Shown piece after piece: positions 29,496 to 38,471 of a DNA stretch of 64,000 nucleotides. The stretch covers positions 5,621 through 69,620 of the IMG/VR virus record IMGVR_UViG_3300021168_000025; one strand, 5' to 3'. Position 1 is the stretch's first letter. Each line of letters begins with the position of its first letter. The DNA comes from a virus. Position numbers and translations under genes: made by a program. The notes beneath the pieces are model-generated. The model saw only the letters and a list, made by a program, of their open reading frames with translations. It searched no databases and had not been told where the DNA came from.

Positions 29496-29651
29496 GAGTC
29501 ACTCCTTTTCAATGCTTCTGTCCTGGAGAGGATTGGTTCACTCCCGAATGGTGTTTCTGTCATTCAACTGGGTTCACTCTTGAGATTTGTGTCTGTCTCT
29601 TCATTGGGTTCACTTTCCCCTGGTGTGTCTGTCATCCAACTGGGTTCACTT
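29496..29651 (-). ncRNA. TIGR-type dual-repeat array, block 3 (4 units)
   Basis: + strand GGTTCACT(C/T) at 29535, 29571, 29607, 29643 (36-nt period) alternating with GT(T/G)TCTGTC at 29553, 29589, 29625; 9-nt variable spacers. Confidence 0.9.
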
Positions 29652-30506
29652 CACATCGAGTGCGCGGTCGATCAGTAACTCAGTCTGTAAGGTGCCTAAG
29701 GCAAACTGGGTCAGCATCGCGCGATCCGCCGGATCGACAGCGGGGCTGATCGCGGTTTGCAGTGTTACCGCGACATACGCCAGCTTAGGGTAACGCTTGT
29801 GATGCTGCTCGACAAGCGGCAGCCCTACATGCTGGCAGAAGCGCAGATAATTCGCCTGGGTGGCGTTGCTCTCGACCGAACCCGGCAGCTTGAGCGCCAT
29901 CATCCAGTGGATGAAGTCAAACTCCTGCCCCCAGAACCCGACTTCCTTGGCCTTGATGTTGGTCTGTAACCGTTGGGTGATTTCGAGTGCATCGTGGTCA
30001 CCCAGGTACGGCCAGATGTCGGCGTAGAGGAAGTCCACCGGGAACCCCGGCTGGTAGCTGTGCGCGTCACCGATGATCAGTTCCACTTTGCGGAACCCGA
30101 CCCACTCGTTTGGGTCGATGGTACGCTTCCATAGGTTCACCACGCTCTTGTCCTTTTCGAGGACAATGACGCGGGTCACCTCAGGCTTGCGGATGATGTT
30201 GTACAAATAGAACCCCATACCCAGCCCGGCGACGACGACAACCCCCCTTGCCGCCGCGATGTGAGGCTGGTGTGACTCAAGTTCCATCGGTGTCAGTGAC
30301 ATCCACTTGAGCCAGTTGTTCTTGACCTTTTGCACAAACATCCAGCCGTTAGGCACAAAGTTGTGCGGTCGCCAGTAACCTATGACACGGTCACCGGACG
30401 GGTACGGGGCGCATTTCCACTTACCGATGTTGACCGATTTGTAACTGGGTACAAACGGGTCGGGCCACGGCAGCGGGTAGTGTGGGAAGAGAATTGTTTT
30501 TGTCAT
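29646..30506 (-). CDS. Class I SAM-dependent methyltransferase-like (spermidine-synthase-like) protein
   Basis: VVVAGLGMG, VIVLEKD, IIGDA, DFLYADIW. Confidence 0.75.
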   Translation of the reverse strand: MTKTILFPHYPLPWPDPFVPSYKSVNIGKWKCAPYPSGDRVIGYWRPHNFVPNGWMFVQKVKNNWLKWMSLTPMELESHQPHIAAARGVVVVAGLGMGFYLYNIIRKPEVTRVIVLEKDKSVVNLWKRTIDPNEWVGFRKVELIIGDAHSYQPGFPVDFLYADIWPYLGDHDALEITQRLQTNIKAKEVGFWGQEFDFIHWMMALKLPGSVESNATQANYLRFCQHVGLPLVEQHHKRYPKLAYVAVTLQTAISPAVDPADRAMLTQFALGTLQTELLIDRALDVK

Positions 30507-30525
30507 AGTCTGTCCCTCCTAGAAA

Positions 30526-30786
30526 GGTTCACTCTACTGGTCTGTGTCTGTCGATGGGATTGGTTCACTCGATTTCCGTGTTTCTATCCGCACGCGAGGC
30601 TCACTCAACTCTGTTGTTTCTGTCTTGACACTGGGTTCACTCATCGTGTGTGATTCTATTTTTCCCTGATGGGTTCACTCTGCCTTCACACTATCGACTC
30701 GTCATTTCTGAAGCGCACTCCTGGTGCGATGTTTCTGTGTCCGCAACTATGGTTCGTTCGGGGATCATGTGTCTAGCCGATCGCGT
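30526..30786 (-). ncRNA. TIGR-type dual-repeat array, block 2 (about 7 units, partly degenerate)
   Basis: GG(T/C)TCACTC at 30526, 30562, 30598, 30634, 30672 and GGTTCGTTC at 30751; second repeat at 30544, 30580, 30616, 30652, 30731, 30769. Confidence 0.88.
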
Positions 30787-30790
30787 GACT

Positions 30791-30826
30791 AAAAGAAAAC
30801 CCCGCCCGGATCAAACCGGGCGGGGC
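30791..30826 (-). terminator. Terminator-like hairpin
   Basis: CCCCGCCCGG-TTTGAT-CCGGGCGGGG-TTTTCTTTT. Confidence 0.75.
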
Positions 30827-30830
30827 AGTG

Positions 30831-31337
30831 TTACTTCCTCTTGTGTTGCCGTGACTCAGGATCACACACGGGTAGCGGACGTTGCCGCATCCCGTTAGGC
30901 ACATTCTTCTCCTGTTCCGCCACATCTCGCTCGGACCAGCCGAAGGGGATGCGGTGTTCGTCGTCGGCGGTTAGGATACACCAAATGTGGTACTTGTTGG
31001 TCTGATCCACTTTACGTGACTCAGCCGGGTAGATTTCCAGCCCCTCACACTCGGGACCGGCAAGCTGGTTCTTGATCGCCTGGAAGTCTCGCCAGTCACG
31101 AAAGATCACCCCACCGTCACGACGGCGGATGTTGATCTGCATACACGGACCAAGCTGCGGGTGATCAAAGGTGTGTGTCGCAATTTGGTACTTGTCGTTG
31201 ACCCAGATGGTTTCCCGCGCGATCTCGTCATTGAGAATCTTGCGGGCTTCCTCGAAGCTGACCCCCATTGTACGCACGGTCGCCTCGATCAGCTTGTCGT
31301 CGGCTTTGAACTTGTCTGCCTTGATTAGTGGTGTCAC
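30831..31337 (-). CDS. Conserved phage hypothetical protein
   Basis: DWRDFQAIKNQLAGPECEGLEIYPAESRKVDQTNKYHIW; TCTAGGAGGA RBS. Confidence 0.7.
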   Translation of the reverse strand: MTPLIKADKFKADDKLIEATVRTMGVSFEEARKILNDEIARETIWVNDKYQIATHTFDHPQLGPCMQINIRRRDGGVIFRDWRDFQAIKNQLAGPECEGLEIYPAESRKVDQTNKYHIWCILTADDEHRIPFGWSERDVAEQEKNVPNGMRQRPLPVCDPESRQHKRK

Positions 31338-31353
31338 TTTCTCCTCCTAGATG

Positions 31354-31543
31354 AAGGTACTCTAATCACATGATTCCATCGCTACGGATGGTTCACTCCG
31401 AACTTATGTTTCTGTCCTCACACGGGGTTCACTCTCTCTTGTTGTGTCTGTCTAGCTGATTGGTTCACTCTGTTCATGTGTGTCTGTCATACGGGATGGC
31501 TCGTTACCCTTGACGTGATTCGGTCGCGTGTTTTGACTCGTTC
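31354..31543 (-). ncRNA. TIGR-type dual-repeat array, block 1 (5 units)
   Basis: GGTTCACTC at 31390, 31426, 31462 with variants at 31354, 31498, 31535; second repeat at 31372, 31408, 31444, 31480, 31517. Confidence 0.9.
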
Positions 31544-31546
31544 CGT

Positions 31547-31578
31547 CAGAAACGCGCCACCGGTTTCCCGATGGCGCG
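31547..31578 (-). terminator. Hairpin between the Tas-like gene and array block 1
   Basis: GCGCGCCATCGG-GAAA-CCGGTGGCGCGT-TTCT. Confidence 0.6.
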
Positions 31579-31616
31579 CATGCTTTCATCTTGTGATTCA
31601 GTTCCTACCTCTGGCT

Positions 31617-32750
31617 CTAAGCGGCCTTCCTGCGCGGAATCGGTGACGGGATGTAGTGCGCGTGACCGAGTTGCGCGATGGCGAACGGTGCCGGTGCGTC
31701 TTTGCCGTGATGCCGCCAGTACCACTCCTCATGCAAGTGACTGAGGAATATCTTGACGGTGAAGCGCCGCGCCATGGCGTCGATATGTGCCGGCGGCAGG
31801 ATACCCGTGCTGTACGCTTTGTACGCATCGGTAGTCTTGCCTACGGTTTCCGCGCGCACCTTGGCAACCTCGCGGAACTCACCCATCTCGTTGCGCGTGA
31901 CCTCGCGCTCCTTGCGGCGGCGGTACAGTTGCCCATAGAAGCACTTCTCGTCGTTGCTGAACATCATGAATGAGTGACCAGCCTTCCAGCACAGGGTTTT
32001 GAACCCGGCGTTCCACGGGCGCTTCTCGCCCTTTGTCCACGGACGGTTACCGGAGAACGCGCGGAAGCTGCGGTCTACACCGATGATCCGGGGGATGCTG
32101 TCGAGGATCGCCGGGTGCGCCGCATCGCTCTCGATCACTACCTGGAAGAACGCGTGCGAGTCACCGTCAGGGTAAAGGTATGTGGCCTGATATGGCGGCT
32201 CCAGGTGTAGTGTCGGGATGACACCCTGCGGGATCGGGTTCCGGTAAGCGACACGGTAGACCGCACGCTTAAGCTCGGTATTGGTCACCGGACCCGCGAT
32301 ACCGGCGTAACTCCAAATGTGACCGACTGTAGGTGCCCGCTCGATCTTGATGTGCGCGAGCAGCCCGGCCGAGATCACCGGGCCGATACCGTACACCTCG
32401 CGCATCCAGCCGCCCATCATGTGGGATTGGGTGTAGACATCGAGCGCGGCCTTGATCTGTCCCTCCATGGTGGAGTTCTGGGTCTTTAGCCATGTGATGA
32501 TTTCGTGCGGCTCGTTGGACGCGTTGAGCGCCCGTTCCTGGCCGGCGGCGCGTTTGCGGTTTTCCTGCATGATGTAGTAAGCGTCAACTAGGAAACGCGC
32601 CTCGGTGTCACCGAGTGTCGCCGCGCCCTTACGCAGATCGCGGGTGAGCCGGGTGACCGGGTTTAGTTCCAGATCGAAGTCGGGTTCACCGCGCATGCAT
32701 TCACCGCGCGGCCACGGGCAGCGGTGCTCCAGCAGTGTCGTGTCAGACAT
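31617..32750 (-). CDS. Tas-like (TasA-type) Nop/IS110-related RNA-binding protein, no RuvC domain
   Basis: YYIMQENRKR coiled coil; YGIGPVISAGLLAHI...TVGHIWSYAG; KGEKRPWNAGFKTLCWK; AHIDAMARRFTVKIFLSHL; PFAIAQLGH; no DEDD domain; adjacent 36-nt arrays. Confidence 0.88.
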   Translation of the reverse strand: MSDTTLLEHRCPWPRGECMRGEPDFDLELNPVTRLTRDLRKGAATLGDTEARFLVDAYYIMQENRKRAAGQERALNASNEPHEIITWLKTQNSTMEGQIKAALDVYTQSHMMGGWMREVYGIGPVISAGLLAHIKIERAPTVGHIWSYAGIAGPVTNTELKRAVYRVAYRNPIPQGVIPTLHLEPPYQATYLYPDGDSHAFFQVVIESDAAHPAILDSIPRIIGVDRSFRAFSGNRPWTKGEKRPWNAGFKTLCWKAGHSFMMFSNDEKCFYGQLYRRRKEREVTRNEMGEFREVAKVRAETVGKTTDAYKAYSTGILPPAHIDAMARRFTVKIFLSHLHEEWYWRHHGKDAPAPFAIAQLGHAHYIPSPIPRRKAA

Positions 32751-32994
32751 GGGTTACTCCTTCCGTTAGACTTGGAACTGTGGGAACGGGACCACAGTAG
32801 GAACATATTTTCAGCGATAAGCCCGTGCTTTGGGCGTAAGTTAAGGCAGCGGTGTAGGTAGCGTGCTCTGTGTATTTCCCTTGGTTGTGTTGATGCACGC
32901 CGCCGCGTTTTCTGAGTTGTCCGCAACTGCTTTTGTGGATTGAGACGTGCGGATTGTGTGTGTTTTCGTAGGTCGTGAAAGGCATCGAAGGCAT
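32743..32994 (-). CDS. Small Cys/His protein coupled to the Tas-like gene
   Basis: H...C and CSYC residues; TCTAGGAGGA RBS; stop overlaps the Tas start. Confidence 0.6.
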   Translation of the reverse strand: MPSMPFTTYENTHNPHVSIHKSSCGQLRKRGGVHQHNQGKYTEHATYTAALTYAQSTGLSLKICSYCGPVPTVPSLTEGVTHV

Positions 32995-33046
32995 GGAAGC
33001 GTCTCCTCCTAGATAGGGGGTTTAAAGGAAGCCTTATCCTATTACC

Positions 33047-33082
33047 GAAAAAATCCCGGCAGGGCAAGCCCCACCGGGATCG
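33047..33082 (-). terminator. Terminator-like hairpin
   Basis: ATCCCGG...CCGGGAT followed by a T tract. Confidence 0.65.
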
Positions 33083-33435
33083 GGTTCTAATGCTGGAACT
33101 TTTGGATGAGCCGCTCGACCGGGGCAGTGGTCCGGTCGATCAGCGCGTGTCCCTGTGCCGGGTTGCGGCGTAGGGCTTCGAGTGAGTCAGCGGCGACCTT
33201 GCGTAACCATGACTGTAACGCTCGTAAGATCACCGCACGCTCTTCTGGTGTCAATTCCTCCAATCTATCCTCCCTTGTGAAGCTCAGTAGTGGTAGACGA
33301 CGGTGTGGTGACTGGCACACGATCCGATGATCAGTAACAGGATGAGTACCAGTAGACACCCACCGAAGTTACGGGACATGCCCATGATGACGTGGGCGAT
33401 AAGCACGCCCACGACCACCAGCAGGATGATGTGCA

Positions 33436-33912
33436 TCACGTACCTTTCTGCGGTTGGATGAGTCCCTCGATCATCTTCCCTCCGCTGTTCTCCAGCCGCG
33501 TCATGGGTTCCAGAGCGATCAGCCGGTTTCGCATACCGGGTGATAGATCGCGGACCATGTGCAACAGGATTGACGCGTTGCCGGTAGTGTTGCCCGCCGT
33601 GATGTGCACCACCTCGATACGGTCAGGGCTTTGGCTTGGTTGCACCTCGGGCGCGTCCTTGTCGAGATGGAGTGACCACCCTTCGCTGACAAAGACGAAG
33701 GCGCGACAGGTGATCTCCTGCGCCATGTTCTTGACCATCGCGAATTGCAGTGATTTTTGCAGATCGTTCTCCCACGCACACTGCATGATGTGGTGGGAAT
33801 CGTCGGCACCGATCAGGTGATACGTCGCTATCAGTTCCTTGTGCCGGCGTTCTAGTAGTACCTTGCGGGCGAACTCCTCGCCCATTTCGAGCAGTGTCTC
33901 AAGTTCGGTCAT
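33436..33912 (-). CDS. Hypothetical protein
   Basis: Cassette RBS; FVSEGW motif. Confidence 0.7.
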   Translation of the reverse strand: MTELETLLEMGEEFARKVLLERRHKELIATYHLIGADDSHHIMQCAWENDLQKSLQFAMVKNMAQEITCRAFVFVSEGWSLHLDKDAPEVQPSQSPDRIEVVHITAGNTTGNASILLHMVRDLSPGMRNRLIALEPMTRLENSGGKMIEGLIQPQKGT

Positions 33913-33987
33913 TGGTTCCTCCTAGATTTTGGTCACAAAAAACCCCCGGCACCGAAGCGCCGGGGGGATACTATCACGCCGCCGTGA

Positions 33988-34371
33988 TCACGCCGACTCT
34001 GCTTCTGTCGGCAATTGCTCGATGGCGTCAATGTGCTCGAAGTCGGGCGCGTCGGGTAGTTCGGGTGTCTCGACCTCATCGAGATCGAGTCCCTCCCATT
34101 CATCGATCCAGGCTTCGTAGGCCTGCCCGGCGTCGCCCTCCTGCCACTTGTCGGAACGCTCCTCCTGGTAGTCTCGCATATCTTGCACGATGCCGTCGCG
34201 CCATTCGGTGACAGCGGCAAGGGAAGCGTTGTACGCATCGATGGCGGTGGCGAGTTCGTTGTGTGCCAGTTCGAACTTCTCCCAGGCGTCATCGATCTCC
34301 CCCTTCTTGGTGGCGAGATCGGTAATATGGGCATTAAGTTCGCCCTGTTGTGTCTTATTGAACTTCTTCAC
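33988..34371 (-). CDS. Acidic coiled-coil protein
   Basis: Single-gene cassette; ERSDKWQEGDAG. Confidence 0.7.
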   Translation of the reverse strand: MKKFNKTQQGELNAHITDLATKKGEIDDAWEKFELAHNELATAIDAYNASLAAVTEWRDGIVQDMRDYQEERSDKWQEGDAGQAYEAWIDEWEGLDLDEVETPELPDAPDFEHIDAIEQLPTEAESA

Positions 34372-35179
34372 TGTGATCCTCCTAGAGGTTTGGTGGTTAG
34401 TGACGGGATGTCACACAAAAAGAAAACCCGGTCACCGAAGTGACCGGGTTACTTTCTACCACACCGCGATAGGTGGGGCTAGTGGGTTTGTGTCTCATCG
34501 CGGAACTTAGCCACAACCTTTTGTGCGGTCGCGCCGTAGCGCGTCAGCTTGCGTTCAGCCAATCTGCCTTTTGATGACAGGTAACGCACAAAGACATGCG
34601 GCCGATCACTCCACGCTTTGTGAATCCGGTATTCTCCGGTGCGTAGTTTGACAATTCCATCGCCGGGCCGATCTTCGGGCGGCGGTGGCCATACCATGAC
34701 GCTGGTCATTGGATATCTCCTAGCAGTTCTTCGGGTCGTTTGATCACCTCGGTGGTGATGTCAAACCGGGACAGCCGCACCCGGTTCATCGCCGGGTAGA
34801 CCTTCCAGGCTAGCGCGAGGTAGTGCCTCGCTTCCTCCTCGGTGTCAAAGGTACGCTCGCTGGCGGGGATATTGCTATCGGTTAGCCGCCACCTTGTTAG
34901 TGTCTTTTGTGTCATTTGTTCTCCTTGATGCAGCGTCCGAATTTGCAAGTGTTAGGGGTTGTGCAGTTACCGCAGTAGATCGCACGATTGAACTCCGTTG
35001 TTGCGGGGATTTCCTGAAGCCGCTTCCTAATGAGTTCCGCGTGTACTGTGCGTTCGTGCTGTTGCACACCCTGCGCCGTCTTAAAGACTTTGGCGCAGAA
35101 CCCGCACACAACGACACCGGCACCCGCGACACTCGGGGGTGCGGTGCCGCGCCGCGTGCGGCGGTGCCAGTCACCACGT

Positions 35180-35395
35180 TCAGACTTCATCGTCCTCATC
35201 CTCGGGGAATAATCGATCGAACTCCTCCTCGGTGGCACCGCTGAGCAGGAACTCCCGCTGTCCCGGTGTCAGGTTTGGGAACACATCCTGGATCAATGCG
35301 CCGGTATTCTGCCAGCGGTCGATCTGCGCTTGAGTCACCGGAAGCTCCAACTCGGTTTCCACCCCGGTGAAGATGGATTTGCGTTTGACTAGCAT
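35180..35395 (-). CDS. Hypothetical protein
   Basis: LIQDVFPNLTPGQREFLLSG; cassette RBS. Confidence 0.7.
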   Translation of the reverse strand: MLVKRKSIFTGVETELELPVTQAQIDRWQNTGALIQDVFPNLTPGQREFLLSGATEEEFDRLFPEDEDDEV

Positions 35396-35466
35396 GTTAC
35401 TCCTCCTAGGTTAGGTTACACAAAAGAAAACCCCCGGCACGAATGCCGGGGGTCAAGTGTAACATC

Positions 35467-35805
35467 CTACGCGTACGCTCCGGTAGCGGTGTCGTCGTGC
35501 GGCTTGATTGATCGACGCACGATGACGCGTTGCACCTTACCGCGTGACTGCGGTCCAACCAGATAGTATCCGTTGTCGGTCAGTTCCTTTTTTATGGCAG
35601 CTTCCTGATCGACTGTTGCCCCGTTCTTTTTGGCCCAAGCACAAGCTGCACCGCGTGTGGCGCGGATGCCGTCCTTGTCGGTACGATCTTTTGGCATCGG
35701 GAAGTATTCCGTCTGCCCGTTGTCGTTAAAACGGACAACGAGAAAGCCGCCTTCGATCCGCACACTCATTCGTCTGGTGGATTTATGATGAAAGTAGGCA
35801 CCCAT
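35467..35805 (-). CDS. Hypothetical protein
   Basis: Bounded by two junction hairpins. Confidence 0.6.
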   Translation of the reverse strand: MGAYFHHKSTRRMSVRIEGGFLVVRFNDNGQTEYFPMPKDRTDKDGIRATRGAACAWAKKNGATVDQEAAIKKELTDNGYYLVGPQSRGKVQRVIVRRSIKPHDDTATGAYA

Positions 35806-36087
35806 AACACACAGTCCTTTTTGTAGTGGTTAGTGACACCAAAAGAAACCCCCGGCACCTGGATGCCGGGGGTTTAGGTCAGCGCCCCGCGAGTGCGCGA
35901 GCCTGAGTCAACCGCGCGAGCGCGAGATGGCGGTGTGCCATTTCGAGATGCGAGATCGCGATCAGGTATTGCTGCGTCGCGACCGGATCGGCACCGTCAG
36001 TCTCGGTACCAAACAGGAAGTTTTGGTACAGATCATGCACGCGCTTCTCGTAGTCTTGGAGCGTGCTGTGTGTGAACTCCACTAAAA

Positions 36088-36882
36088 TCACCTCCTTCCG
36101 ATACGGTTGGGGTTGATGTTACCGCCGACTTGCTGGTCTAGGCCGATCCGGTCACCGGCTTTCCAGCCGGCCACCGCGCCACCCTGGTGCTCGATGTTGG
36201 CGAGGCTGGTAGCCTTGGGATCGGGCAGGATGCCCTGCTGCCGCAGGTAGTCCCGTGCCGCGTCCTGCGCCTGCTCGTAGAGCGAGCGAACCGCCGGCAG
36301 GTTGGTGCCGGGGATGCCGCTTTCCTGCGCCTCTAGAAGCTTCTGGTGCAGGCGGTAGCGCACCCTAGCGGTGCAGGCGTTCATAAACGACACCCGGAAC
36401 GCCGGCCGCTCTTTGGTCGGCCATTTCCGCACCTCCTCGCGGCATAGGGTCTGCATCGCGCGAGCGATGTACTGACCCATCGCCTTGGCCACCGTCACGT
36501 CAACCGGCTTGCCGATAAAGTTGTGTCGCAGGTAGGCTGTCCGGTGGTTACCGGCGATCAGCGGGAACAGCCCGTCGTTCAGCCCGTGTTTTTCGATCCA
36601 GTCGGCCGGGAACGTTTCGTAGTAGTAGCCACAGAGGTACAGTTGTGCCACCCCGTTCAACAGTGACTTGATCCATTCGGACGAATCCGTCAGGAAGTCA
36701 GTGTCACGGATGATGGTGTCGCCGGCCTTGGCCACGTCCGACATCGACAGGTGGTACTTGACCAGAAGTTCCTGTACCTTACCGGAACAGGCGTCGATCT
36801 CGGCCTCGGTGCGGCCGGCGGTTTCGAGCAGAGCCTTGATCCGGCGGATCGCCGACTCACGCTCCTTTCTTTCGTCACTCAT
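36088..36882 (-). CDS. DUF2786-like protein
   Basis: RRIKALL...TEAEIDAC...QELLVKYHLS N-terminal helical hairpin; GWKAGDRIGL. Confidence 0.7.
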   Translation of the reverse strand: MSDERKERESAIRRIKALLETAGRTEAEIDACSGKVQELLVKYHLSMSDVAKAGDTIIRDTDFLTDSSEWIKSLLNGVAQLYLCGYYYETFPADWIEKHGLNDGLFPLIAGNHRTAYLRHNFIGKPVDVTVAKAMGQYIARAMQTLCREEVRKWPTKERPAFRVSFMNACTARVRYRLHQKLLEAQESGIPGTNLPAVRSLYEQAQDAARDYLRQQGILPDPKATSLANIEHQGGAVAGWKAGDRIGLDQQVGGNINPNRIGRR

Positions 36883-37042
36883 TGTCCACCTCCTAGAAGC
36901 TGGGCGATAATGACACCTATTGCTACGGGGAACTGGGCGAGGATGATTAGCCCCACCGCTATTTTGACGTATTTCATCGTGTCCTCCTAGATGAGAGCTA
37001 CACCAAAAGAAAACCCCGCCGTGTTACCGGCGGGGTTTTGGG

Positions 37043-37390
37043 TTAGGGTCTAGTGACCGGTTGCCAATCGTCGTTGGGGTCGCGCTTCTTGGGCGGCAGC
37101 AAGGCATCGAGCCATGGGCGCGGTTCCATCTTGCGCTTTGCCGGTACAGCCTGGGTGATGGTGGCGACTACCTGCGGTGTTGAACCGTTAGTGACGGCGG
37201 TGATCACCATTGGCGGCTGGTTCTTGTGCTTGTTTCCACAAGCCATGAAGAAGCAGATAATCCAGCCGATGATCGTCCACCCGAGTAACAGGTTCAGGAA
37301 CAGTATCTGTCCCCATCGGGCGTGACCGCGACACGCGGCGATGACGGTAGGCGTGAAGTACAAGATCAGGAAAACGGCAGCTAGTAACAT
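37043..37390 (-). CDS. Superinfection immunity (Imm) membrane protein
   Basis: LYFTPTVIAACRGH...ILFLNLLLGWTIIGWII, the T4 Imm-type signature. Confidence 0.88.
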   Translation of the reverse strand: MLLAAVFLILYFTPTVIAACRGHARWGQILFLNLLLGWTIIGWIICFFMACGNKHKNQPPMVITAVTNGSTPQVVATITQAVPAKRKMEPRPWLDALLPPKKRDPNDDWQPVTRP

Positions 37391-37466
37391 TGGAAGTTCC
37401 TCCTAGATGCGAGTTACACAAAAGAAAACCCCCGGCACCGAATGCCGGGGGTTGTTTAGTGACGGG

Positions 37467-38471
37467 TTAGGCCTTGGCGAACTCGACCGCCATTTCGAGC
37501 GCGCGGCGCTTCATCTGCGCACCGTTGCCGTGCCACACCGAGAACAGCCGGTTGTCGTCACGACCCATGACGTGGTCAACACAATAGGTGACCGCATTGA
37601 ACGCGTTCCACCAAGTGTCACGGAACAGTTCCTGTCCCGGCGCGGTGAGCAGCGACTCACGCAACCGCTTCATGTTGCGGTTGTCCTCGAAGTCGATCAT
37701 CTCGGCTTCGGTCACCTCCTCGTCGTGCTCCAGCCGCAGCACGCCATGGAAGAAGTCGGTGACATCATCCTCGCGCGCCCGGACGCCCGACAGCAGCTTG
37801 GCGGTATGTGAGTACGCCTTGATGCCTTCGTGCGCCAAGCCCAGCGTGCGCTCAGCCTCGGCCTTGACTTCGTCATCAAACGGCCGGTTGTGGAGGTGGC
37901 GGAAGGCACCGACCTTGTTCTTGCCGTCCAGGGTGCCGCCCAGAGAACTGGTGAGGGTGTTCTCGCAGACGACCCGCACTGCCGTCATGCAGGCGTTGAG
38001 CGCATAGCCGAGAACGTGCGGCTGCGACAGCAGCACGTAGCACTCGGTCTTGTCGCCCCTGCCCAGCGTGAACGCGCCGTCCTTGATCTTGGCCAGCACC
38101 CAGACAAAGCGACCGTTCCTGAGCGCGCCGGCCGTTTCCATCTCCATGTCACCGGCTTCCACGAACCGCTTGAAGAAATCAAACACGTCGTGGTTCTGCA
38201 CCGGAATGTAACCGCGACCAACGGTGTCGAGCACCGTATAGTCTTTGTTACGGACGAGCGCGAACTCGTCTGGTACGATCCGCATCCGCTGCTTCTCGCC
38301 CGGTGCCACCGGCATCGGGAAGTAGAGCGGGTGCTTGGACACCGTCCAGTCAAGCCCGGCCGCGACAAGCATGTCATCGACCGACATATCGTTATCGACC
38401 GGAACACCTTCACCGTGCCAGGGCAAGCCACCGGCCTTGCGATACGCAATCGATTCGACGTTAGCAGGCAT
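37467..38471 (-). CDS. DUF932/DUF945 phage-plasmid protein
   Basis: PWHGEG, AGLDWTV, METAGAL, VRVVCENTL, TWWNAFNAVT. Confidence 0.88.
   Translation of the reverse strand: MPANVESIAYRKAGGLPWHGEGVPVDNDMSVDDMLVAAGLDWTVSKHPLYFPMPVAPGEKQRMRIVPDEFALVRNKDYTVLDTVGRGYIPVQNHDVFDFFKRFVEAGDMEMETAGALRNGRFVWVLAKIKDGAFTLGRGDKTECYVLLSQPHVLGYALNACMTAVRVVCENTLTSSLGGTLDGKNKVGAFRHLHNRPFDDEVKAEAERTLGLAHEGIKAYSHTAKLLSGVRAREDDVTDFFHGVLRLEHDEEVTEAEMIDFEDNRNMKRLRESLLTAPGQELFRDTWWNAFNAVTYCVDHVMGRDDNRLFSVWHGNGAQMKRRALEMAVEFAKA

Noticed and set aside
29232-29793. Plus-strand ORFs with repeated GSL/WVHS peptides
   Set aside because: Translation artefacts of the 36-nt array read antisense
29496-31543. CRISPR array
   Set aside because: Repeats are ~9-10 nt and of two alternating types with ~9-nt spacers; no cas genes are visible; the pattern fits TIGR
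31617-32750. IS110 transposase / insertion sequence
   Set aside because: No N-terminal DEDD RuvC domain and no IS ends; the gene is coupled into a phage operon and followed by guide-like arrays
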